DNA of 64,000 bases from Verrucomicrobiota bacterium. Lineage in GTDB: Bacteria > Verrucomicrobiota > Verrucomicrobiia > Limisphaerales > JADLHS01. Below the pieces are notes generated by a model, which was given only the letters and a program-made list of their open reading frames with translations, searched no databases and had not been told where the DNA came from. Location: the NCBI GenBank assembly GCA_013140495.1, contig JABFSR010000015.1, positions 11,210-75,209 of the forward strand, given 5' to 3'. Positions 51,706 through 61,188 of this stretch are shown in pieces (position 1 is the first letter of the stretch; the number at the start of each line of letters is the position of its first letter). The position numbers and the translations under genes are program-made.

Positions 51706-52470
51706 ATGAAAAACCAAATTGCCGTCATTTCGGTCATCACTTCCTCAATCCTCATGCCGGTTGTCAGCCAGGCACAGGTGTTTCTCAACGAGAATTTCGA
51801 CGGCTATGCCGATCAAGCGGCGTACGTGGCAGCCTGGCCGGTCAATGCCACCACCACCCTTCTCAGCACGGAGCAAGCTGTCAGCCTGAGTCAGTCGGCC
51901 AAGGGGCTGACCACTGTTTCGCGAAACGCCCGAAACGTCGGGGAAATCGGTTTCATGAATGCCACCACCGATGTCGTCACCTTCCGTTTCGATTTTTATG
52001 ACATGAGCGGCACTGCCACCTATCGTCAGTACGCCGAACTCGACGACGGCCTTGCTCCCAGCGGCGGCGGGCAACTCTTCGCGATGGGACTGAACAACAA
52101 TCTTGCGAGTTCGTTTTACATGGCCCGTATTTTGGGCGCGGATGGAGGCGCCGGTGTGAGCGCGTTCTTCAAGCTGGATGACGTTGGCGCACCAGCCCGC
52201 ACGGTCGGCTGGCACACGTTGGAAGCCCGCATCACCGACACCTCGGTTGATTTTCTCGTGGACAGCATCCTGTCCAAGACCGTGAATATCGCCGCGCTGA
52301 CGGATCGGAGTCTGGACACGGTCAAGGTGGGATCAAATCTGTCGTCCACGCAGGTGGCCTACTTCGATAACATCTTCGTCTCGCGGTCAGTGGTCCCCGA
52401 GCCTGGAACATTTTCAATTCTAGGCATCGGTTTGGGCGCGTTGATTCTGGTCCGACGAAATCGCAACTGA
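51706..52470 (+). CDS. PEP-CTERM-anchored secreted protein (LamG-like)
   Basis: Signal peptide ending VSQAQ. C-terminal VPEPGTFSILGIGLGALILVRRNRN. Confidence 0.85.
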   Translation: MKNQIAVISVITSSILMPVVSQAQVFLNENFDGYADQAAYVAAWPVNATTTLLSTEQAVSLSQSAKGLTTVSRNARNVGEIGFMNATTDVVTFRFDFYDMSGTATYRQYAELDDGLAPSGGGQLFAMGLNNNLASSFYMARILGADGGAGVSAFFKLDDVGAPARTVGWHTLEARITDTSVDFLVDSILSKTVNIAALTDRSLDTVKVGSNLSSTQVAYFDNIFVSRSVVPEPGTFSILGIGLGALILVRRNRN

Positions 52471-52488
52471 TTTTTTGACCGCCAATTC

Positions 52489-52517
52489 AGGCCGGCTCCC
52501 ACGAGCCGGCCTTTTTT
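52489..52517 (+). terminator. Rho-independent terminator
   Basis: AGGCCGGCTC-CCAC-GAGCCGGCCT followed by TTTTTT. Confidence 0.75.
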
Positions 52518-52531
52518 CTTGTCCAAGCAGC

Positions 52532-52629
52532 ATCACACTTGCCCGGCCAGTTGCGCGGTGATTTCTCCGCCGATGGCCAGCGAAGCCGTGGCCACCGGGC
52601 TGGGCGCGTTGAGAACGTGCAACGCCTTT
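52532..52629 (-). pseudogene. Decayed copy of the lhgO 3' end
   Basis: 83/98 nt identical to 54586-54683. Would encode ...LNAPSPVATASLAIGGEITAQLAGQV*. Confidence 0.65.
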
Positions 52630-52679
52630 AATTCCGATCCGCGCTTTTCTTTGTCTCTCGCGACGGCTTTAATTCAACG

Positions 52680-53498
52680 GTGGCGACGCTGCACATCAAG
52701 CTGGTTCAATCACTCGACGCTCCGGAACTGGCGTTGTATCTGACGCTCAGACGCATCGAGGAACACGAGCTTGCAGGAGTGCTCGTGGCCACGAATGCCA
52801 AAGTGGTGCGACGTTTGTTGGCGAGCCGGTTCACTGTGGTTTCCGCGCTGCTCACGCCCGCGTGGCTCGAAAAGCTTGAATCTCAATTGCGCTCCCGACC
52901 GGAGGAGGAAATCATCATTTACGTCGGCGAGCAAAAATTGCTGGAAACCATCACCGGCTATCAATTGCATCAAGGCGCGCTGGCGGTTGCCAAAATTCCG
53001 CCGCAGCCGGATTTTGAAACTCTGCTCAAACAATCGCCGCGCCCACTTTTGCTCGCGGCCGTCGAGGGAATTGCCAGCGCAGAAAATCTGGGCGCGGTGG
53101 TTCGGAGTTGTGCGGCATTCGGGGCGCATTTCGTGATCGTGGGCGAGACGTGCGGCAGTCCGTTCCAGCGCCGGGCGGTTTCCGGCTCCATGGGCACCCT
53201 GTTTGAACAACCGGTGGTGCGGGTGGACAACCTCGTGGAAAAATTGACGGCGCTGCGTGCGCGTGGCGTTCGCTGTCTGGCGGCGCATCCACGCCCGGGC
53301 GCGAAGAAACTGTCGGCGGTGGATTTGCGTGGCGACTGCTGCCTGGTGTTCGGCGCGGAAGGGCCGGGCCTCACCGCAGCGACGCTGGCCGCGTGCGACG
53401 ACACGGTGGAAATCCCGATGCCATCGCACATGAATTCCTTGAACGTGGCCGCCGCCACGGCGGTGTTCCTCTACGAAGCGACCCGGCAGCGCGGGTGA
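52680..53498 (+). CDS. TrmH/SpoU-family RNA 2'-O-methyltransferase
   Basis: AVEGIASAENLGAVVRSCAAFG, LVFGAEGPGLT and IPMPSHMNSLNVAAATAVFLYE. GTG start. Confidence 0.85.
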   Translation: MATLHIKLVQSLDAPELALYLTLRRIEEHELAGVLVATNAKVVRRLLASRFTVVSALLTPAWLEKLESQLRSRPEEEIIIYVGEQKLLETITGYQLHQGALAVAKIPPQPDFETLLKQSPRPLLLAAVEGIASAENLGAVVRSCAAFGAHFVIVGETCGSPFQRRAVSGSMGTLFEQPVVRVDNLVEKLTALRARGVRCLAAHPRPGAKKLSAVDLRGDCCLVFGAEGPGLTAATLAACDDTVEIPMPSHMNSLNVAAATAVFLYEATRQRG

Positions 53499-53554
53499 CT
53501 GCATCTGACGCTGGGCTTAAACTTTGTCTAAATAATCGGACTGCTCCGTCTCTT

Positions 53555-54049
53555 CTAAGGGTTAATTCTGTTGGTGCTTGATTGTGTGTCTTGCATGTAC
53601 TCGACGCTGGTCAACTGTATTAACGCATCTGCCAGTCCTTTCGGCACTGGTTCCACAAGATCAACACCGTAATGGTCTAAATCCTCCAACCATCCCTTTT
53701 CTACTCCAATACTCATCACTAGCCCGCCTCGGGGTATATCGAGCGTAATCCGACATTTTTTCCCGTTACTGAATGTTAATGTGGCATTATAAACACAGCC
53801 AAACTTTGGCTCATCATTCGTCCTTTTAAGCGCGCCTGTAACATACCTTAACGTTTCGGGTTCATCTATGGATACGGCACGCGGCATTCCGTCAAAGTTG
53901 CCGCTCATTTGGAGCGAGGACAATTGAATTTCGGGATTCTCTTTAAGAAAAGAAATCAAATTATGATTGCGACGCCCAGCAAAGAAGAATGTTATGAGAG
54001 CTGCGCCGACAATTATTGCACCAAGCGCGAAAATCTTTGGTTTATTCAT
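53555..54049 (-). CDS. Hypothetical membrane-anchored protein in a low-GC insert
   Basis: N-terminal TM IFALGAIIVGAALITFFF. AT-rich codon usage unlike the neighbours. Confidence 0.55.
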   Translation of the reverse strand: MNKPKIFALGAIIVGAALITFFFAGRRNHNLISFLKENPEIQLSSLQMSGNFDGMPRAVSIDEPETLRYVTGALKRTNDEPKFGCVYNATLTFSNGKKCRITLDIPRGGLVMSIGVEKGWLEDLDHYGVDLVEPVPKGLADALIQLTSVEYMQDTQSSTNRINP

Positions 54050-54069
54050 TGGCGTTGGGATTCGACAAT

Positions 54070-54393
54070 TTATTCTAACCTCATCAACGATTGACTGTCA
54101 CTTATTATACAGAATCTGAATGGTACTGTCGCCGACAAATTCGCGGATGACGGTGTCGCGGCTAAACTCGGCTGCGCCGTAGAACACGCACGCCTGTCCG
54201 CTCCATGAGCAGGGCGCGGACGCGGTGCGTGCGCATCGAAGAAAGGACTTTGGGTATCGGGTTCGGGATCAAGGGAGACTCCAAGTGCGAGATAGGTTTG
54301 CCAGAGTTTTTCGCTTTCCAACCAGCGTTCCACAGGGGCAAGCCGATACCATTCGGCCCACTCCGCAGCAACCAGGTCTTCCGGTTGAATCAT
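54070..54393 (-). CDS. Small protein upstream of the NTase remnant; only the first ~55 codons look genuine
   Basis: MIQPEDLVAAEWAEWYRLAPVERWLESEKLWQTYLALGVSLDPEPDTQSPFFD is protein-like. The rest of the ORF reads through the NTase remnant out of frame. Confidence 0.35.
   Translation of the reverse strand: MIQPEDLVAAEWAEWYRLAPVERWLESEKLWQTYLALGVSLDPEPDTQSPFFDAHAPRPRPAHGADRRACSTAQPSLAATPSSANLSATVPFRFCIISDSQSLMRLE
54098..54236 (-). pseudogene. Frameshifted, truncated remnant of an MNT-type nucleotidyltransferase gene
   Basis: MRTHRVRALLME in one frame continues as GQACVFYGAAEFSRDT in another. Compare GVRYLLIGGQAMRLFGMPRYSMDWD in the 8301 gene. It ends at the junction with the low-GC insert. 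Confidence 0.5.
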
Positions 54394-54586
54394 GGCTGAT
54401 GAATAATGGATTTGGTTCGTTCAGCAACAACCAGGTCGGGCAAAATGCGACAGTACATTTTCCGCTAAATTGGACCGGAGAACATCCGCGCCTCGAAAAT
54501 AGAGGTGTGTTTCGTTCGGGAGTTCCGAGTTTCCACAGCCGGATGAGTTTGACACCCGTTCCTGATTCAAAGGCAACCAACCCCGA

Positions 54587-55786
54587 TCATACCTGTCCAT
54601 CCAGTTGCGCCGCGATTTCCCCGCCGATGGCGAGCGAGGCCGTGGCCGCCGGACTGGGCGCGTTGAGGACGTGCAATGCTTTTCGCCCGCGCACGAAGCT
54701 GAAATCCTGCACGAGCGTTCCATCCGGCGACATCGCCTGCGCGCGGACACCCGCACCGCCCGTTTCCAGATCGTCCATCCGCACCTCCGGCACGAGGCGT
54801 TGCAGTGATTCGCAAAACAGTTTCTTGCTGAACGAGCGTTTGATTTCCTCCCAGCACATGCGCTTGTGCTGGCCGAGAAATTTCCACAGTCCGCCGAAGG
54901 ACAACGCGTCGAACAGGTCCACAGGATTGAAATCCGTCTTCTTGTACCCTTCGCGTTTGAAAGCCAGCACCGCATTTGGCCCGGCCTCGATGCCGCCCTC
55001 GATGAGGCGAGTGAAGTGAACGCCCAGAAACGGAAACGCCGGATCAGGCACGGGATAGATCAGGTGCTTCACGAGAAACTGCCGCGCGGGCTTGAGCTTG
55101 TAGTATTCGCCACGGAACGGAACGATGCGAACCTCGCGCTTCTCACCCGCAAGCTGGCTGACGCGGTCGCTATGCAGCCCGGCACACGTCACCAGAAAGT
55201 CCGCCTCGAATTCACCGGCAGTGGTTTCGGCAATCCATCCGCCGCCAGACTCGCGCAGTTTGGTGACGCGCGCGTTCGTGACCACCCTGCCCCCTTGTGC
55301 AGAAATGATTTTCAACATCGCCTCGCAGACCTTGGGATAATCCACGATGCCCTCCTGCGGCACGCGCAAACCCGCCACGCCTGCGACGTGCGGCTCAACC
55401 TCGCGCATTTCGTCGCCGCTCAACCATTTCAATCCCTGCAATCCATTCTGAGTCCCGCGCTCCATGAGATTTTTGAGTCGAGCGACCTCGGTGTCGTCCA
55501 CAGCAACAACCAGCTTGCCGCAGATTTCGTGAGGCACATTATTCTCGCGGCAGAACGTGGTCATCTCCTGCACACCCTCCACGGCCATGCGCGCCTTCAG
55601 CGAGCCGGGTTTGTAGTAAAGCCCGCAGTGCAATACGCCGCTGTTGTTGCTGGTCTGGTGTCTGCCGACGCCGGATTCCTTTTCGAGAACAATGATTGTT
55701 GCGCCTGGAAATTTCTTCCCGAGCTTGATCGCGGTGGCAAGCCCGACGATGCCGCCGCCGACAACAATGATGCGTTTGGCCGCCAC
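54587..55786 (-). CDS. lhgO: L-2-hydroxyglutarate oxidase/dehydrogenase (FAD-dependent)
   Basis: IIVVGGGIVGLATAIKL dinucleotide fold and HQTSNNSGVLHCGLYYKPGSLKA. GTG 55786 avoids overlap with apgM and gives about 400 aa. Confidence 0.85.
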   Translation of the reverse strand: MAAKRIIVVGGGIVGLATAIKLGKKFPGATIIVLEKESGVGRHQTSNNSGVLHCGLYYKPGSLKARMAVEGVQEMTTFCRENNVPHEICGKLVVAVDDTEVARLKNLMERGTQNGLQGLKWLSGDEMREVEPHVAGVAGLRVPQEGIVDYPKVCEAMLKIISAQGGRVVTNARVTKLRESGGGWIAETTAGEFEADFLVTCAGLHSDRVSQLAGEKREVRIVPFRGEYYKLKPARQFLVKHLIYPVPDPAFPFLGVHFTRLIEGGIEAGPNAVLAFKREGYKKTDFNPVDLFDALSFGGLWKFLGQHKRMCWEEIKRSFSKKLFCESLQRLVPEVRMDDLETGGAGVRAQAMSPDGTLVQDFSFVRGRKALHVLNAPSPAATASLAIGGEIAAQLDGQV

Positions 55787-55796
55787 GAGTGATCGC

Positions 55797-57020
55797 TTAA
55801 GCGCCGAATTTGTCGAACGCCCTCGCGTTTGCCTGCATAAGGCGAATGAGATATTTGGCCTCGAAGATTCCGAGCGAGCCGGTGTTCGCGCCGGTTTCGG
55901 TGAAACGATCAAGCTTGTCCGATCCGCTCAGCGCAGAGTGCAACAGCACGGGCTGCGGATGCCACGAGTGCCCTTTGGCAGCGCACGGCGTGGAATGATC
56001 ACCGGTAATGGCAAGCACATCGGGCTTTTTCTTCAGCAGAATCGGCAGCGCGGCGTCGAGGTCTTCGATGGCCTTTTTCTTCGCAGCGAAATTTCCGTCC
56101 TCGCCGGCCTTGTCGGTGTATTTGTAGTGGATGAAAAAGAAATCGTACTTGTCATGATCGGTGAGGTAGCGCTCGAACTGCTCGGCAATGCTCTGCGGCC
56201 CCTCGATCTTCTTCATGCCGACGAGCTGAGACAGCCCCTTGTACATCGGATACACGGCGAGCGCCGCAGCCTTCATCTTGTAGCGATCCTCGAACAACGG
56301 AATCTCCGGTTGATGCGCAATGCCACGCATGAGAAATCCGTTTGCGGGCTTTTCCTTTGCGAGAATCGGTAATGCCGCCTTGTAAAAATCCGTGATGAGC
56401 TTTGCCATTTTCTTTTGCTTCACGCTCTTTGGATCGCGCGGTTTCACGGTAGGAATCGCGTAACCCTCGCGGTTCGGATCGGCGTCCGTCAGCGGGCCTT
56501 CGAGTCCCTTGCCGCGAAACACGACCACGAAGCGATGTTCCTTGCCCGCCTTGATGATGACCTGAGTGTCACCGAGCTTCTTGATTTTTGCGGCAAGCAT
56601 GGCGCAAAGCTTTTCGCACGTCTCGGTCGGAATACGGCCGGCGCGGCGATCGGTGACGATTCCCTTGCTGTCCAGCGTCGCAAAATTCGCGCGGGCGCAG
56701 ACGTCACCGGGCTTGAGTTCGAGGCCGAGGCCAAGCGCTTCAATCACACCGCGGCCAACCTGGAATTCAATCGGGTCGTAACCAAACAATCCCAGATGAC
56801 CGGGCCCGCTGCCGGGCGTGATGCCGGGAGCGACAGGGATCATACGGCCCTGCGCGGAAATTTTTGAGAGCGCGTCGAGGTTCGGCGTGTTCGCGGCTTC
56901 GAGCGGCGTTAGGTAACTTTGTTCACGCGTGGCAATGTCGCCAAGTCCGTCGAGCACGAGCAGAACGTGTTTGGCGTTGGTTTTGAGGGTCAGTTCGGAA
57001 TAGAGGGAGTCAAGTTTCAT
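55797..57020 (-). CDS. apgM: Cofactor-independent phosphoglycerate mutase, archaeal-type
   Basis: LLVLDGLGD, TPNLDAL and ITGDHSTPC..KGHSWHP motifs. Confidence 0.9.
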   Translation of the reverse strand: MKLDSLYSELTLKTNAKHVLLVLDGLGDIATREQSYLTPLEAANTPNLDALSKISAQGRMIPVAPGITPGSGPGHLGLFGYDPIEFQVGRGVIEALGLGLELKPGDVCARANFATLDSKGIVTDRRAGRIPTETCEKLCAMLAAKIKKLGDTQVIIKAGKEHRFVVVFRGKGLEGPLTDADPNREGYAIPTVKPRDPKSVKQKKMAKLITDFYKAALPILAKEKPANGFLMRGIAHQPEIPLFEDRYKMKAAALAVYPMYKGLSQLVGMKKIEGPQSIAEQFERYLTDHDKYDFFFIHYKYTDKAGEDGNFAAKKKAIEDLDAALPILLKKKPDVLAITGDHSTPCAAKGHSWHPQPVLLHSALSGSDKLDRFTETGANTGSLGIFEAKYLIRLMQANARAFDKFGA

Positions 57021-57181
57021 GGTTCAATTTCAGTTCAGGGAAAACACCGCGCAGCGACAACGAACGTCGCCGCGATACAATCTTTATCATGCCGGAAAAG
57101 AACCAGACACGTCAAAGCAGGAATTGGCCGCCCTGCGTTCGTACTCACCGGACTGAAAATGAAAAGCCTGTTTTGGAAAAC

Positions 57182-58567
57182 TCATAACAACGTGCCATGC
57201 AAAATCTGGTAGGCGATGGTGAAGTATATGACGAGCCCCGTAACGTCCACGAGCGTGGCAACAAATGGGGCCGAGGCTGCAGCCGGATCAAAACCGAGAC
57301 GTCGCAAGATGAACGGCAACATTGAACCTGCCACACTCCCAAACAACACCACGCCAATCAGGCTGAACGCCACGGTTGCCGCCACAAGCCCGTAGTGCGG
57401 GCCGTAGATGACTTCCTTGTGTGGCCAGAGGAGTATCCGGCAGAGAGCGATCGCCGCCAAAACACAGCCTAGTGCAAACCCGGCCACCACCTCGCGCTTC
57501 ATCACATGCCACCAATCCGCCAGCGTGAGATCGCGCACCGCCAACGCGCGGATGATCAGTGAAGTGGCTTGCGAACCGGAATTGCCGCCGCTGGAAATAA
57601 TCAGCGGCACGAACAGTGCAAGCACAACAGCCTTGGCGATTTCATCCTCGAAATAACCCATCGCTGTAGCCGTGAACATTTCTCCCACAAACAAAATCGC
57701 CAGCCAGCCTGCGCGCTTCTTGATCATCGAGAGCATCCCGATCTTCAGATAGGGCGCGTCCAACGCCTCGACACCACCAAGTTTTTGAATGTCCTCGGTC
57801 GCCTCCTTCTCTGCGAGTTCCAGCACGTCGTCCACGGTGACGACACCCACAAGCACGTCCTTGGAATCCACCACGGGAAGCATCGTCACATCATATTTTC
57901 TGAAAGCTGCCACGGCAGTTTCCTGATCATCGGTGGCGCGCAAGTAAATCTGCTGGTTCTCCAACAATTCAAGAACGGACATCTGCGGCGGCGACACGAC
58001 AAGGTTTCGCAGCCGGACGTAATCCACCAGGTGGCTTTTGTTGTCCACCACGTAGAGCTGGTTTACCGCGTCGCGTTTGTGTTCCTGTGTGCGCAGAAAG
58101 GCAAGGACCTCGGCCACGGTCCAGTTCTGCTGGATTGCGACATAATGAGGTGTCATGCGACGCCCTATCGAGCCGCGCGGATAGCCAAGCAACTCCGTGG
58201 CGATCTTGCGTTCTTCGGGTGTGAGCAGGGCGAGAAGTTTTTGCGTGGCGGCAGCGGGAAGTTCTTCGAGCAGGGCGGTGCGTTCGTCAGCCACGATGTC
58301 GTTGAGAATCTGCGCCACGTGCTCGTTGCCGAGCGCCTGAAGAAGTTTTTCCTGATCCTCAACGGGGAGTTGACCAAAAACCTCGGCAGCGACCTCGCGC
58401 GGAAGTATGCGCAACAACACCGCCTCTTCATCCGGTTTGAGATCGCAAAATATTTCCGCCACATCCGGCGCCGAAAAACCGCAGAGAATTTCCCGCAACT
58501 GCGTAAAATCACGCTGTTGTATCAATTCCCGCAGTTCCGGACCGAACAGGTTTCCAATCACGGCCAC
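57182..58567 (-). CDS. mgtE: Magnesium transporter MgtE
   Basis: MgtE N-domain, tandem CBS and a 5-TM C-terminus (PLIISSGGNSGSQ). Start set at GTG 58567, because the longer ORF N-terminus translates a terminator hairpin. Confidence 0.85.
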   Translation of the reverse strand: MAVIGNLFGPELRELIQQRDFTQLREILCGFSAPDVAEIFCDLKPDEEAVLLRILPREVAAEVFGQLPVEDQEKLLQALGNEHVAQILNDIVADERTALLEELPAAATQKLLALLTPEERKIATELLGYPRGSIGRRMTPHYVAIQQNWTVAEVLAFLRTQEHKRDAVNQLYVVDNKSHLVDYVRLRNLVVSPPQMSVLELLENQQIYLRATDDQETAVAAFRKYDVTMLPVVDSKDVLVGVVTVDDVLELAEKEATEDIQKLGGVEALDAPYLKIGMLSMIKKRAGWLAILFVGEMFTATAMGYFEDEIAKAVVLALFVPLIISSGGNSGSQATSLIIRALAVRDLTLADWWHVMKREVVAGFALGCVLAAIALCRILLWPHKEVIYGPHYGLVAATVAFSLIGVVLFGSVAGSMLPFILRRLGFDPAAASAPFVATLVDVTGLVIYFTIAYQILHGTLL

Positions 58568-58593
58568 ATCAAACGCGATTCCTGCTCCGGCGT

Positions 58594-58627
58594 AAAATAA
58601 AAAGCCGGGCTGCAATTACAGCCCGGC
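58594..58627 (-). terminator. Rho-independent terminator after the two-component operon
   Basis: On the minus strand: GCCGGGCTG-TAATTG-CAGCCCGGC followed by TTTTTATTTT. Confidence 0.65.
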
Positions 58628-58653
58628 CAGTCAAATCGCACCATCGTCACCTT

Positions 58654-59043
58654 TCAGCCAAGTTTTCGGCCTGCAAGCTGTTGCTCGATTACCCCAATAA
58701 CCCCCTTGATGTTGAGCGGCTTTGGAACGTAGGGGAATCCGCCGATGAAGCCGCCACATGCCTCTATCTCCTCCTTCTTCACTGCTGCGGTCAGGAAGAT
58801 CAGCGACACATTCCTGCAATCGGGCGAGGCCTGTATCTTTTCCGCGATCATTCCACCATCCATGCCGGGCATCATCACATCCAGCACCACAACGTCAGGC
58901 TTGAACTCACGCACGGCCGGGAGCACCTCTTCTCCGCGATTGGCGGTGCGCACCGTGTAGTCACCGGTTTTTTCAAGGTTCAATTGCAGCAACGTGGTGA
59001 TGCTGGCCTCATCATCCACAACGAGTATGCGTTTCTTTCTCAT
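58654..59043 (-). CDS. Single-domain response regulator (CheY-like receiver)
   Basis: KRILVVDDE ... DVVVLDVMMPGMDG ... TAAVKK. Confidence 0.9.
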   Translation of the reverse strand: MRKKRILVVDDEASITTLLQLNLEKTGDYTVRTANRGEEVLPAVREFKPDVVVLDVMMPGMDGGMIAEKIQASPDCRNVSLIFLTAAVKKEEIEACGGFIGGFPYVPKPLNIKGVIGVIEQQLAGRKLG

Positions 59044-59055
59044 GTCCGTTTCCTT

Positions 59056-60564
59056 TCATGTGTTGAAGGAGATGGTATAGCGGCTCACGCGATCCTGCGC
59101 GGCGTAATCCACCCGACCTCCGTATAGTTCCAAAACCTTTTTTGACACCATCAGACGAAACTTTGTCTGCGCGTCCATTTTCCTTGCCATCGCCGTGTCA
59201 TGCGCCGCACCCGGGTTCGGGCGGCTCTCAATGTCAACCATGAGCATCCGTTTTCCCGATTCAATGCCGTCGCGCAGAAATGTCCGGACAGCGATTACGC
59301 CGCCACCCATGCAATGAATCTCGTGTGTGAGCAAAGTCACCAGCACGTGTTTGATGGGTCGGGCGTCCAGCCTCAACAAAGGAGCGTCGTCGCAGAATTC
59401 ACGGACCAGCTTGACGTTCCCACTGCAAAGTTCCGGTTCGACTGCAGCCAGGGAAGCGGTCAGCAACTCACCCATGTCGTGCTCCTGAAGTTCGCGTTTG
59501 CGATGCGTCGAAAATTCAAGCAATCCGCGGATGAACGCATCCGCCCTTTCCACCGCTTCAGCCATTCGCTTGAGGATGATGACACCGTTTTCGTCCTGGC
59601 TTGCAATCGAATCACCCAGGTAATCAATCCCGAGAACAATCGTTTGCAGCGGATTCTTCACCTCGTGCGCGACGGTCGCGGCGAATGTACTCACCGCTTC
59701 GAGCCGTTCAGCTTGAACGATGCGCTGCTGGGCTGAATGCAATTGTTCGTGCGCCCGGCGCGCATCGGCGAGTGCCTGTCGCAGCTCGTTCTCCGTCCGA
59801 ACACGGGCTGAAACATCACGGGACACGAGCACCACACGCTCCGTCAATCCCGATGAATCTGTGATGACATTGCTCTGTGATTCAATGTGCCTCAACTCGC
59901 CGTCGCTCCGGCGAACTCGATATTCGGCCCTGCAACCCCTGCCGGTGGACACGACATCACGAAAAACATTCCGAATATTGTCCCGGTCCTCCGGGAGAAT
60001 GTCCTCGAACGAATCCACCGGCGAAAGATTGGATGGTTCGCCCAGCAGCTTGCAATACGAAGGGCTGTTGTAAATCCGCCGCCCATCCGCATCAACCACT
60101 GCAATCATGTCCGTCACGTTTTCTGAAATGAGCCGGAAAAATTCCTCGCCCTCGCGCAGCTTCCTTTCGATGCGTTTTCTTTCCACCGCATACCGGATGG
60201 CCCTCTCCAGGAGACGGTGCTCGAACTGCCCCTTGACGAGGTAATCCTGCGCACCTTCGCGCACCGCCTGCACCGCGATGGCTTCATCGCTCAACCCGGA
60301 GAGCACCACCACGGGTACGAACGGTGCGGCTTGCGCTACAGCCTCGTATGTTTCGAGCCCGGTCTTGTCGGGCAAGGATAGATCAAGCAGAACGACATCA
60401 ATCGTTCCCGTACGCAGATGATCCAACGCCTCCGACAGAGTTTCGGCCAATGTCACAGAAAAGCGATCACGACATCCGTCGGTGAGCAACATTTTCAAAA
60501 CACTGGCAAACCCGGATTCGTCCTCCACGACCAGGATGTTGGTGGGCGGTTCAGTCATTTCCAT
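59056..60564 (-). CDS. Hybrid sensor: receiver + PAS + histidine kinase
   Basis: NILVVEDE..DVVLLDLSLPD (REC), FRLISENVTDMIAVVDADGRRIY (PAS), and FAATVAHEVKNPLQ (H-box) with a C-terminal ATPase-like domain. Confidence 0.85.
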   Translation of the reverse strand: MEMTEPPTNILVVEDESGFASVLKMLLTDGCRDRFSVTLAETLSEALDHLRTGTIDVVLLDLSLPDKTGLETYEAVAQAAPFVPVVVLSGLSDEAIAVQAVREGAQDYLVKGQFEHRLLERAIRYAVERKRIERKLREGEEFFRLISENVTDMIAVVDADGRRIYNSPSYCKLLGEPSNLSPVDSFEDILPEDRDNIRNVFRDVVSTGRGCRAEYRVRRSDGELRHIESQSNVITDSSGLTERVVLVSRDVSARVRTENELRQALADARRAHEQLHSAQQRIVQAERLEAVSTFAATVAHEVKNPLQTIVLGIDYLGDSIASQDENGVIILKRMAEAVERADAFIRGLLEFSTHRKRELQEHDMGELLTASLAAVEPELCSGNVKLVREFCDDAPLLRLDARPIKHVLVTLLTHEIHCMGGGVIAVRTFLRDGIESGKRMLMVDIESRPNPGAAHDTAMARKMDAQTKFRLMVSKKVLELYGGRVDYAAQDRVSRYTISFNT

Positions 60565-60788
60565 CGTGACACGTTTGAATCTCTATCGGCCTTCCCGGTG
60601 AAAAGTTTAGACGACAAATTGAGAATGCTGCAAAAGCAGGCGTTTTGAGCCTGGACATGGAGAACCATCTGAAAAGCCGTGATTCGTCTGGGCTTTGTCA
60701 CCACGACCCAAAACGAATCTTGCTCAAAATTCCAACACCGTTCTTTATCCGGCCAAATGGCGTCGCCCGGCGCTGACCGGCAGGTGCA

Positions 60789-61133
60789 TCAGGTCTGAAA
60801 TGATTTTCCGCAACCGCAGCTTTGCTTGGCGTTTGGGTTCTCAATCTTGAACCCGCCGCCCGTCAGCGCGTCGCTGTATTCCACCACCGTGCCACGAAGG
60901 TATTGCGCGCTGAATGCATCCACGAGCACGATCACTCCATCCTGTTCGGAAAACTGATCGCCTTCACGTTTCTCGTCGAAGGTCATACCGTACTGCATAC
61001 CCGAGCAACCACCCTGCTCGACATAGAGGCGGAGATATTTTCCAGCGTTCTCGGGCTTGGTCACCTGCTCGCGCAGTTCAATCACGGCGTTGGAACTCAG
61101 ACGAACGATGTTTTCAGAGGAGGTGTCAGTCAT
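60789..61133 (-). CDS. HesB/IscA/ErpA-family iron-sulfur cluster insertion protein
   Basis: GGCSGMQYGM ... C-terminal SCGCGKSF. Confidence 0.9.
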   Translation of the reverse strand: MTDTSSENIVRLSSNAVIELREQVTKPENAGKYLRLYVEQGGCSGMQYGMTFDEKREGDQFSEQDGVIVLVDAFSAQYLRGTVVEYSDALTGGGFKIENPNAKQSCGCGKSFQT

Positions 61134-61188
61134 ATTTTCCTGTGTTGAAGGTAGGCGGCTGTGGTCGGGGTGTCAAACGGCGTCTGGA

